Shown: piece after piece, positions 38,001 through 49,547 of the stretch
Position numbering within the stretch: the first letter of the stretch is position 1
Layout: each line of letters begins with the position of its first letter
DNA from: Gordius albopunctatus
Taxonomy: Eukaryota
Assembly: GCA_964276515.1 (NCBI GenBank)
Contig: OZ193909.1
Location: 2,232,001 to 2,296,000, forward strand
DNA: 64,000 bases
Reading direction: 5' to 3'
The notes under the pieces: generated by a model
What the model was told of the DNA's origin: nothing
What the model saw: only the letters and a program-made list of their open reading frames with translations
The model's database searches: none
Position numbers and translations under genes: made by a program

Positions 38001-41000
38001 TGAGATTACTAGGCTTTGCATCTTCGGGTTCAGATGTCAAAATAACACTAACTGGCACGGATAGATTTAAGTTGTTCGTGTTGTAAGGTGAAGATTTAGA
38101 TGGCGGTGGATTTGATTCAGCAGATGGTTTGGGAGGAGATTGTGTCGACGATAAGGCAAACAAGGTGATATGGGGCTTTACATCTTCGTGTTCAGAGGTC
38201 AAAGCAACACTAACTGGCACCGATGTAATTAGGTTGCTTGTGTTGGAGAATAAAGATTTGAGTGGCGGTTGATTTGATTCGGGAGATGGTTCACGTTTTA
38301 AATAATTTTTCACGGGAACACTCAAAGGTTGATTCTTGACTTCCTAATATCAATATATTTATCACAGAATCAACGATACGGAAATAAGCGCCATAAATGT
38401 GAGCAAGCGACAATGCCTGAATAAGTCAAAAACAAGAAATAAGTTTTGAACAAGGGGATGTTAAGGCACCCTGGGAGGCGTTTCAAGATCAAAAATAAAA
38501 AGCTATAACCTTTGGAGCTTTTTCGACTTGAATTGTTGTAGCAAGTTTGTGATCCTCTTCCTGATTGCTGTGATCGCTTGAAATCGAAGATGACCCGGAG
38601 CTATAGGCAATGGCACGACTAAGAGCGCCAATGGTGCTCAGCGGGAAATCTTTATGTGCTTGCCGCAAAGATTTCTGCCGAAATTTAAATAAAATTTAAA
38701 CATAGTCAAATGCATAAGATATTTAATTAAGAGTTCAGAGTAATGACCTACCAAAAGTTGGTCTGTCCTTGACGCAAAGAGTCCCTCGTTTGAGTGATCG
38801 TACTGAAATAAATTTATAATTTAAAATAGCACTTAACAATATAACGATCAACGCGGTCGTCTGCCATTTCTAGACAATTTAGTCGTTAGTGAAAAAAAGA
38901 AAAAATTGGCGGGCACTCATTATCAAAACTTACATCAATTGTATCCTTGATCTGGGTTACAAAAACTACGCTGGGGGAATCACACATATTGATGCTATTG
39001 TCTGACTCGGAGTAGTCGGGCAATTTCTCATTTGTTTGCTCTTCTCCCCGTTTCCCATTTGATTGCGGTAACACGATATCATTAGGCGGCGCACATTCCA
39101 GCGCCGTCAACGACTAAAATAGGAACAAATTATTTGTATAAAAACATAGAGGAGGTAGGTATGAGAGGTTAAATTATCTCGACAACAAAACTGGTAAAGC
39201 ATCGGAATAATTGTGATAAAATGCATATTCACATTTGTATTAAACTTTAAAAGGCGCTTGCCAAAAACTACGCACCGTTGCTAAAGGTGGTGGCGGCTGG
39301 TATTCAGCTTTAACGCTACGAGAGGGGGCAAGGGGTGCGGACTGCTCGAAGATCGATGATAAAGTCTCGCTGCGAGATGACGTTTGTGAGACAACTAATA
39401 GATAAGAATAATTAATCATAGCACGTATTGACAAGAGAACTATGCTGAATTTACTATTTGCTGGACATTCTCGTGAAGCGGATTCTGCGGTAATTTCTGG
39501 CGATGAAGGGGGAGTTACTTGAGGTTCCAGGGTGACCGCGAGATTCTCAGCTTTCGCAGAGGTAATGAGTTCGACTTGGAAACCAGTGCTGGAAGGAGGG
39601 GATTTAGCCGAAGTGACTGATGCACGATCGATAAGTTCGTCGGAATTCTTGTGACAAAACTCGGTCTTCACGCGAAGCGAGTTGGACAAGGGCAGGATGG
39701 GGGGATCCTTAGATTTGGTAAAACACATCGGTTCCACGTCACGAGCACAATGCGTGCGCTTGATAGAAACGTAGGCCGTTTTAAGCATGTCGTGAAACTT
39801 GTTATTGCCGACATTGTCGGTTGGTGCGGGAGTATGATGGGGTAATTTGTCGTGAGAATCGTTCTTTGTGGAAATCGATTGATTTACCCCCGCTACCAAA
39901 AGTGCGTGTAAATGGTTCAGGGGGTTGTTAGAGGTGGTGAAATGGTCTACTGATGTGAAGAGGGTGCTGAAAGGTGTATCGTCTAGGGCGTAAGGGAAAG
40001 GACAATCATAGAGGGATTGTATGTTTGAAAGGTGGATGGCCAATTCTTCCATGCTCTGCTCGTATCCTTGGTTCCTACGAGTTGACCTGTTGGGGGCCGA
40101 GGTGTTGGAGGGTGGATTTTCGCTCAAGAGGAAGCAGTTAGTGATGGAGACCCATGCTCTAAATGAGCACATAAAGGGTAAATGTGCATCGGCCTTTGGC
40201 CTCCTCAATCGTGACTACCATATAGGTTCAAAATGGAGAGGCACATTATTTTAAATATTTAAAAATTCACACAGCAAGAAAAAAATCTTGAGGCATCTCA
40301 AAATCTTAATCGCTATAATTGGTATCATAGTTTAAGTTCGAAGGGGAGCGGAGGGGTTTACTTGTCGTGCTTGCCGAAAAATCGTACGTCGACCATGTTG
40401 GGATCCGTGTTGGAGGAAGAGGACTCTAGATGAGATGCGGTTGCCTGACGTATGCGCAACGCTTTGCCAGGCCAGTAGCAAAAACCCTTAACCTTAGCCC
40501 ATACCAGGATGTGGACGGGCGAACAAACGACGGCAAACCAATCGTCTCGGGCGTATGAATTGAGATAACACTCGGGGCACGTGTTCATCTCGCACACTTC
40601 TTCCCAGCATGCGTTCTCAACCTTTTTCAAGGTAGCAAGAATGGCACTGCCGTGGACGTTTGCAACAGAGCTGCTGCTACCGGCAGAGTTGATAGAGCCT
40701 GAATTGGAAGGGGAGTACACGATAGAGGCGTTGTGGAAGAGCCAACGGATGTCGGCCATAAAGCTGTCCGTCGAAGTGTACTTGAGTCGGCGGATGTTCT
40801 AAAAAATGCGCGTGCATTATATATGCAAGAGATCCATATGCTTGGAGATTATAAGCGGATTACCAACCAGTTCCACCGGCATTTCAAAATAAGATTATAA
40901 TTGAAAATGTATGTTAAGGTGAGGTTTGATCACACACTTTCAAAAATGTAGAAACTTTAAACCAAATTATGCCGTACAATTTTAAAAAATAAATCCTCAC

Positions 41001-42163
41001 CTGTTCGATCGCGTTGAGGTCAAGAGGGTTGACAATCAAATCAGCATCGCTGGGGAAAAAGGGCGGAATTCCGATTGTTTTCTTCGACAACATCTAAATA
41101 AGTTGGTAGGTAAATAACTAAGGATAATCAAAGCATTTGTCCGATAGTGAAATTAGTTTACAATTTGTTATACAAAATGAAAGGGATTCAACAGTATAAG
41201 TGCAGCTTACGAGTAATCGGGCCCGTCGCATAGTAAATTCAAAAAATCTTTTGAAGCGTTCAGGAGTAATTTCCGGTTTGGTTTGAGTCAAATACCTATT
41301 GCTTCGACCTCCCTGATTCGTGATCTAATAATAATAAGGGATATATCAAACAACATTCCAACTTATAAATGTAAAATAACAAAACCAACCTGGCATTCGG
41401 GACACACAAAAGGTGGGGGGGATTTGGAGGTGGAATATTGTTTAGGGGCTTTGCTAGCAGCGGACGCTTGGTATTTCGTTGATATACGACATTGCTCGTG
41501 AAAACTCCTGGGACAGTTGCTGCAATTTAGCATAGTGGCGCTGTTAGCATTGCCTACACCAATCTTGGACGACTTAAGGTCCACGGAATGACACACCCAA
41601 CAATAGGGGTCCCAGTAACGAGACTAAGGGATAAGATTAGTATCGAGTAATTTGGTATCATGTAACATAAATTGCTAAAGTAAAGATTACCATCGGTCTT
41701 TTGGCACCCAGAGCCGCTCGAGGTGTCTCAATTTTATGCGACACCGAAGGAGCGTCTGAGAGGTCGTTAGAAGACATCATTTTAGCCCTTTTACGATCGG
41801 AGGAAACAGGCGAGCTAGATGACAAAGCCGAGCCTGGCCCTTTATCAGAGTGAGAGCTAATAGTGGGGGTGGTAGGTGGTGGGCGATCGCCTCTCACGCC
41901 TTCCACTTGGGTGACGGCAGCGGGGGGTAGGCTGCTGGGGGAGTGGCGGTCTCGGTTGTGTCGAAAATTGCGAAAGCGACGGCGTTCAGACCTGGTATTA
42001 GGGTTGGAGGAGGAGGCAGGGTTGGCGGTGTTAAAGAGGCTCATGACGGTGGTGAATTGGTTGGCTTCGGGTAAATACTGCTGCGGTTGCTGGGCCCAGC
42101 GATCGTAGCGATTGATGGAGTTAGGGTAAGCATCGTGGGTGCGTTGTTGTTGTCGTCGATTCT
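35044..42163 (-). CDS. ZMYND8: ZMYND8/ZMYND11-family PHD-bromodomain-PWWP-MYND chromatin reader (main body)
   Basis: Exons include 42163-41691; 41623-41390 (PHD: DPYCWVCH...CSNCPRSFHEQC...FVCPECQ); ~41324-41211; ~41093-41001 and 40798-40362 (bromodomain PLDLNAIEQNIRRLKY...FMADIRWLFHNA; PWWP VWAKVKGFCYWPGKAL...VRFFGKHD); 40159-~39433 (AWVSITNCFLLS); several linker exons including the S/T/P-rich 38343-~36715; coiled-coil exons ~36467-36230 and ~36126-35899 (IKRKQW); a MYND exon ~35699-35472 (CVACLKEAVYYCC...YCDKPCQIAHWEVHKDVC); and a last exon 35268-35044. The long low-complexity linker favours ZMYND8 over ZMYND11. Confidence 0.88.
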
Positions 42164-42271
42164 CTTAATTTTTAATATTTTATAATGATGAGCATGGTGA
42201 AACATAAAAAATTGCATTTATCTACGACGTAATATTGTTAAAATGAATATCAATTTGATGTAGTATATGAA

Positions 42272-42975
42272 AAGCTGTTAAAGGAACTAGTTCCTTTTTA
42301 AAATGAGGAACTGGAACTAGTTCCTTTTTTTCTCAATTTATCGCAAAAGGAACTACTTACAAGTTCCTTTTAAGTTCCTTTTGCTAATTTGAATTTGCAT
42401 TAAAAAATTTTTTAATTAATTTATAATTTAAATATTATTTAGTATTCACGGTAGTGTTTGTTAAATAAATTTTTCGACTTATGGTAAATTATATAAGGTT
42501 TATTTCCTTAATTGTTTTTTTTAAATAACAAATGCCAGCAGTTGTGGAACTTGCAAGGTAGATCAACTCATGCTGCTGACTTGATTAAAAAACAACTTGG
42601 TTGTTATTTTATATGTCCTGTAATTACAAGATGGGATTCCTGATATAATAATTCTATGGGGCACATAACTTCCATTATAAAGGGACACAAGCTGAATGTT
42701 CAAAAGTTCACATCAGATGAATGTGATTTTATTGCAGAATATTAGGATGTAAAATTTTATTTTAAACATTAGCATTATTTTAAAATAGTTTGTAAAGGTC
42801 ATGGAACCAATTGCAAAGGCAATTGAGTTTTTGGAAGGGCAAAACTATGTGTATCTTGCATATTATACCCCGACAATCACTGAAATATTGATGAAAATTG
42901 AATCTATGGGCTCCTTGAAATGGTGTAAGCCATTAAAAGATGCTATTACTCAAGGCATTAATAACAGGTTTAATA
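42272..42975 (+). pseudogene. Degenerate hAT transposase fragment with one terminus
   Basis: ggaactagttcc palindromic subterminal repeats at 42283-42325. Translated remnants RSTHAADLIKKQLG...PVITRWDS*Y and MEPIAKAIEFLEGQNYVYL resemble the hAT/ZBED catalytic region. Confidence 0.65.
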
Positions 42976-43205
42976 TTAATTGCTAGCAGGCTACTGACCA
43001 ATTGATAAAATGACCCTTGGCCAAATAAATCGAAATTTTATTTTTCGTTTTTTTAATTAATATGTTGTTCTTGTTAATACCATTGTGACTTTTTCAAAAA
43101 TAGGATTTTTAAAAATAATATCTAATAATTATAAAAATGGGATATTCAAAAATGGTGGGAAAACTTCCGTTAGAAGGTTAAATCTAAATAGCGAAAGAAT
43201 CTTAA

Positions 43206-46200
43206 CCCTCGAGAGCATTCCTCAAAATCCCGAACGCGAGAGCACATGTGGGGTCTATTTGACCCCATTTTTTAACTGCTCATAATTTTAAAACTATTAA
43301 TTAAAAACAACTCAAATTTTGAATTTATGTTAGGTGAAGACTCTTAATCGTAAATATAATTTTTGAGGAACGGTTGAATAATATTACCAATGTTATTAAC
43401 ATTTTTCTGAAGTCACCTTTTTTCTTAAAATTAAAATGCCTCTCCTAAATTTGTCTCTCAACATCATATATTATGAAATGAATCAAAATTAGCATGATTT
43501 TTTATTAACCCTCGAGAGTATTCGTGGGGTATTTCCATACCCCACGCAAATTATAAATTAAAATATAAAACGCAATTTAAGTCTAATGAATTTGGTCTTT
43601 TCAGTAGCTTAATATTTTATCAAGAACTAGGTTAGGTGAAAATTTCATAGGTTTTGGCCCAATACTTTTTAAGATATAGACTCGTGGGGTATGATTATAC
43701 CCCACGAATACTCTCGTGTAATTTTTTTTGTTTTTTAAAAAAAAAATTTTTTGTTATTTTGTATTTTACATATATATAAATTAAATAATTATAAAAAAAA
43801 AATTATTTGCATGGTTATCCCGCTCGAAAATGACTGTAGAACGGAAGTATGAAGCTAACCTAGTGGAATAAAACATCCTTTTTTTATCAGCTGTTAACAT
43901 GAATACTGTATACTATGATTGTTTAGAATCATCAACTTCAAACTCAGAAGGTTAGAGTTGGTTTTAAAATATGTTTATAGTATACATAACATTATAATTT
44001 ATTATCATCACCTAGATGATTTTAATATTACTTCAAGTGAAGAGGATTTTGTTTTGACTAGTGAACATGATACAGACACTGAAGAAGAGATTGATTTTAG
44101 TAATGAGGAAATGGCACAGAAAACATACCTATATGGTAGTTAATTTATAAGCCTTTTGATGTAGTGTGCAGGCTTATCAAGCCAATCTCCAAATCCAATA
44201 GAAATGTGACAATGGACAATTGGTTCACCAGCTATGAATTAGTTAAACATTTGTTTACAAGCCATTCATTAACAACTTTAGGCACTTTGAAAAAAAACAA
44301 AAGGCAAATTCCTATAGAATTTTGCCAAAGAAGAAAGCAACCTATATTTTCAAGCAGATTTGTTTTTCAAGAGAATTTAACCATGGTTTCCTATATACCA
44401 AAAAAATATAAGCAAGTCATATTATTATCCTCTCTACATTATAATAGCAAAATTGATCCAGCAACAGGGGATGCTCTAAAGCCAGAGATTATCTCCTTTT
44501 ACAACATGACTAAAGGGGGAGTTGATGTGGTAGATCAACTCAGTTCAACCTACAATGTTTCAAGGGTGTCAAACAGATGGCCTCTTACAATATTTTACAC
44601 CTTGTTAAATATAGCAACAATTAATTCCATGATCATCTATCAATATAACATTGGTAAGAAAATTAGTAGAAGTAAATATATCAAGGAACTAGCACACGAA
44701 TTGACAAAACCTTATATGGAATCTAGATTTAAAAATAATCTACGTCTGCCCAGAGATATTAAGGATTCTCTTAGAAAAATCCTGGATATTAAGGAGGAAA
44801 CATCTTCCAACCCCCCAAAAGAGGTCGATGTTCTATTTGTCCAAGGATTCAAGATAAGAAAACTAAAATATCTTGCTCCAAGTGCTCAAAATTGATCTGT
44901 TCTAGTCATATGAAAATAATGTGTGAAAATTGTACGACCAAATTTTAACCAATTTTCAAATGTCTGTATTTTTTTTTGTATGATCATATCTTGTACAATT
45001 TATGTTTTTAATACATTTTGAACATTCTTTTAATAAAAAATCACGTTTATTTTGATTTATTTTAAGGTATATGATGTCAAGAGGTAAAATGAGGGGAAGC
45101 TCTAAAATAACCAAAAAAAATGGGGGTCCAGAAAATTGTTAATATGTTTTGTAATGTTGTGATTATATCCATATCAAAATTTATACCATCAATCTTAACA
45201 CCTTTATAAACAGATGTTTAAAATTTTAAAGGTTTTAAAGGAATACTTTTAAAATTATAAGAAGTTTAGAAGTGGGGTAGAGTTATACCCCACGAATACT
45301 CTCGCGTAAGTTTTTTTGAGGAATACTCTCGAGGGTTAAAAGAAAGTTTGAATTGCACAAAAAATATTAAATTTTGCACGTACAATTTTCACACAAAATA
45401 CTCATGTGGTCATTACATACAAATTTTGAGCACATGATACAAGTAATTTTGGTTTTTTTGTCTTGTACTCTTGTACAAAAAAAACATCTTGATTTTTTTG
45501 ATGATTTAAGAGGTAATTCATCTTGAATCTTTAGGATTTTTTTAATAGATTCCTTGATATCCCTAGGCATACGTAGACAATTTTTAAGCCTACTTTCCAT
45601 GTAGGGTTTAGTTAGTTGTCTGGCCAATTCTTTAATGAATTTGCCTCTATTGGTTTTTGTACCAATATTATATTGGTAAACAATCAAGGAATTGATTGTG
45701 GCTATGTTAAGTAGTGTATAAAATATAGTAAGAGGCCATCTTTTTGACACCCTTGCAACATTATAAGTTGCACAGAGTTGATCTACAACATCAACTCCCC
45801 CCTTAGTCATATTGTAGAATGAGATAATTTCGGGCTTGAAACTAGTCCCTGTAGATTCATCAATTTTGTCATCATAGTGTAATGATGATAACAACAAAAC
45901 TTGTTTGTTCTTTTTGGGTATATAAGAGACCATAGTCAAGTTTTCTTGGAATGCAAATGAACTTGATAATACTGCCCTATTTTTAACCTGACAAAAATTA
46001 TGTGGAATTTGTCTTTTATTCTTCTTCAGTGTGCCAACTGAAGTTAAGGAATGGTTTATAAACAGGTGTTTGGTTAGTTCATAACTAGTAAACCAGTTAT
46101 CCATAGTGACATTTCTATTTGTTTGAGATATAGGGCTGATTAATCTGCTTACTACATCAAAGGGTTTGTTACTTAATTTATAAGGCCCTTCTGGCTGAAT

Positions 46201-47483
46201 TCCTGTGTACATTTCTAAATTTATTACGTAAAAGGTTTTAGCATCTACCAAGGAATATATTTTTAGGGCATATTTTGATGGCTTATTAGGCATATATTGC
46301 TTAAATGGACATTTACCCATCAACTGTCACATATTGGCTTGGAGAATAGGTAGCCTGTAAATTTATATTGAATAGATCAAATATCTGTCTTATATGTGTA
46401 GCCTTGTCATGAGTTTTTCTCTCATCTCGTGTAGTTGCATCATCAAACCTCAAAGCTCTAAGTAATAGTTTGAAGCAATTAATTGGCATAATTGCCCGAA
46501 AAATTTCCATGCCATATCCATCTTGTCCCCACAAATCTCTCAAGTTTTGATGATTGGATTTTAAAGTACCCATTATAAGAAGAATTCCGAGCAAGGCATT
46601 AAACTCTTCAAAATCCATCAATGCATTCTCTTGTGATGTATTTGTATTGATTAAAGTAATGCGTTGATTAGTATAGGTTATAATGAAAGAAGAAATAAGT
46701 TGGGTAAAAAATAATGAAAAGCACTCTAAATGAGTTTTTGCACATTTTCCTATTGATTTTATGCCTGGCAAACATGATATAATGTTATGTGCCCTAGTTC
46801 TTTTAGGTGGAAAACAATATCGCTGCCATCTTGTATTATCCTTACTTAAAAATTGAATAATTAAATACCATAAAGATATTTTTTTGATAATTCATGATCA
46901 ATCACATCAATCTCTTCTTTACTTTCTGACTCATGTTCACTTGTTAAAACAATATCTTCCTCACTTAAACTTACAATATATTCATCTAAGTTATGATATT
47001 AAAATAGATTATAATGTTTAAACATGATTTGAATCATCTCTTACCTTCTGAACTTGATGTTGATGAGTCTAAACAATTGAAATAAATTGAATTCATATTA
47101 ACAGCTGATAAAAAAGTAATGTTTTATTCCACTAGGTAAACTTTTTACTTCCGTTTTTAACGTTTTTTTGTGTTAAAAATTCATACAAAATTTATTTTTT
47201 ATACAAAAATTTTATTGTCTTAATATATAAGTCAAAATTCTCGCAAAAAAAATTTTTCAAAATGAAAAAAAATTACGCGAGAGCATATGTGGGGTCCACA
47301 TGACCCCAAAATGCTATAACTCCAATAGTAATCGACCAAAACTTATAAAATTTTACCCAAACCTAGTTTTTGATAAAATAATGGACTACTGAAAAGGCCA
47401 GATCAATTCGTTTTGAAATGCGTTTTTTATTCAAGTTTGTAACTATCGTGGGGTCTGTGAGACCCCACTTGTGATCTCGAGGG
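43206..47483 (-). mobile_element. piggyBac element B (outer), with a decayed intron-containing transposase
   Basis: TTAA|ccctcgaga ends at both termini. Transposase runs from ATG 47096 to stop 45367 with LRFDD, VTVD, GKCPFKQYMPNKPSKY, VTMDNWFTS, YNMTKGGVDVVD and a C-terminal Cys-rich domain. A frameshifting deletion lies at ~46318. The 3' UTR continues at 43508-43206. Confidence 0.92.
43509..45335 (+). mobile_element. piggyBac element A (inner), internally deleted, inserted at a TTAA inside element B
   Basis: TTAA at 43505-43508 and 45336-45339, with TIR ccctcgagagtattc/gaatactctcgaggg. Coding starts at ATG 43899 and jumps at ~44145 to the mid-catalytic region (VTMDNWFTS, KGGVDVVD). A frameshift lies near 44820. 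Confidence 0.92.
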
Positions 47484-47842
47484 TTAAATCCATGGATTAA
47501 TCTAAATTGGGGGAGAATACGTTTAAATTCTCAATTAGATATTCTGCACTATACGCAGAAATTGCCAAATATTCCTAAATTTACATTAGATTGTACACTA
47601 TACGTCGAAATTGCCAAATGTTCCTAAAGGGTTTATTAACTTTTTTTCTGATCAGCTTTTTATGAATAAGAATCAATCAAACGCTCCAGATAGTATTTTA
47701 GGTTCTGCCCGCTTATCTCTTAGTGATCACTATGCGTATTCCTCCTATTAACATAGTCATACAGACGTACCAATAGATAAACATTTAATTCTTAGCCTAT
47801 ATTTAGTATATGATACCCCTTTTACTATTTTGAATATACGAT

Positions 47843-48020
47843 TTTATCGTCTGCGCATATTTATCTTCTGCGTAATTTATCGTCTGCGCATATTTATCTT
47901 CTGCGTAATTTATCGTCTGCGCATATTTATCTTCTGCGTAATTTATCGTCTGCGTTTTAATATTCATCTTCTGCGTAATTAATCGTCTGCGTTTTAATAT
48001 TTATCTTCTGCGCATTTTAT
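47843..48020. repeat. Minisatellite, ~33-bp unit built from two 16-17-bp subunits
   Basis: About five copies of ttatcgtctgcgcatatttatcttctgcgtaat. Confidence 0.9.
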
Positions 48021-48922
48021 GGTTTGCTAACTTTTACTGGCAGATAAATAATAAATTAATTCGGTTTTTATTCGTCTCCAAATTCACTACACCACATTCC
48101 ATTCCTTTAAGGATAATAAAGTAGAGGTTAAACTTCTACAAGTACACTAGCTATCCATTCTGTTGCGAGCAGAGCCCCCCCCCCACTATTTTGCTAATTA
48201 ATAAATAATCGCCCGTTTTAAGTGTTTTGACAGGGCGCTAGTGGTATAAAGCTATATAATACCACTAATATAGTGTGTTTCGTCTATAAATAAGATTTCT
48301 GTTGAATTTAAAATAAGTAAAATCCTTTAGCTAAATTTTGCTTCGGACCGGGCTGATCCTAGCTTTATAATTTTTGGCCTATAACAGGTACCTAACATAA
48401 TCACGATGAATATCCTTAAAGTAAAAAGATATTAGCACTGTTAGCCCCCCCCCCCGAAGGCACACCCTCGTCGCGCCATTCACATTTAGTACGATTAAAG
48501 GTGCCAATTTGAATAGTTAATTTCAGAGCATGTGCTAGCAAGACAGCACTTTTATGGAGTAGCTAGGAAATACGACACTGTGGCGGTGCTATAAAACTAA
48601 CAACCCACCATGATGATTTTAACTAAGATTTAGGAATATAGGGGAGAGGGGATCATTATAAAACGGACCTTACACAAAGAAAGCGCTTCTCTCTCACGGT
48701 AAACTCTTTTGGTACTCCTTTAAATAGCGGCCTAAAAAGACGAGCTAGTTAACAACACTACTCATTACAATTGAACACAATACGCACAAGGGATGCCAGA
48801 TCTTCTTTCATATAAAAGATGGGGGGGCGAACACCCCTGTAATTTTTACATAAGCATCCGGATGCGAGTTCCAAAAAGTAACCTTAAGGCAAAATGAACG
48901 CGGCCACAAAATCCTAACTTAC

Positions 48923-49064
48923 GTTGGGGGTAGTTATCGAATTGAGAGGATTGCCAGTCGGTTCGGTTGTAGTTATAATTGTAGTTTCCTCCGTTGTTAT
49001 ACGATCCGGGATTGTACCTGAGTCGATGGCCCATCGGAGGTTGGGGTGCGTATTGGTGGTATGT
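48923..49064 (-). CDS. Probable second coding exon of the ZMYND8-like gene
   Basis: ctaag|ACATACCAC...CCCCAAC|gtaagt encodes TYHQYAPQPPMGHRLRYNPGSYNN...NYPQ. The phase-1 end matches acceptor aag|AGAATCGA at 42163. Confidence 0.65.
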
Positions 49065-49184
49065 CTTAGTGAAATTATAAATTAGATGTAGGGAGAGTAG
49101 TTAAGGTATTTCAACCTTTAACATATGTTTGTAAAATATTTTGATAATTTTAGAAGATTTTCACCCGCGTAAACAATGTTTTTC

Positions 49185-49275
49185 ATGGATTTATTTTTGG
49201 GAATGGTAGAGGGTGTTAAAAACAAATAATAATTACAATAATATTTCTTCCTCATATAGTACATCTTCAGATATA
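49185..49275 (-). other. Degenerate Penelope-type hammerhead ribozyme motif (copy 2)
   Basis: Minus strand reads tatCTGAAGAtgtactatatgaggaaGAAAtattattg...tttaacaccctc, homologous to 50331-50430. Confidence 0.4.
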
Positions 49276-49547
49276 TAAAATCAAAATCTTATATATAAAA
49301 ATGAAACTATGCATGTATGTGTATATATGCCTCCACCAATTTTGGAAAACTACTAGACCGATTTGGCTCAAAATTTCAGTTTATTCCTGACACTCAGGAG
49401 CATGTTTTAGGATTCGTTCGAGCCAAATCGGTTCAGTAGTTTTCGAGTATTTTTTTATACGTTTTGACGTTTAATAAAATGTCAATCAAACGCAACCTCA
49501 TGACGCACTGAGTATCTATCGTGTTCTTTGAAGATTTGAATATACAG

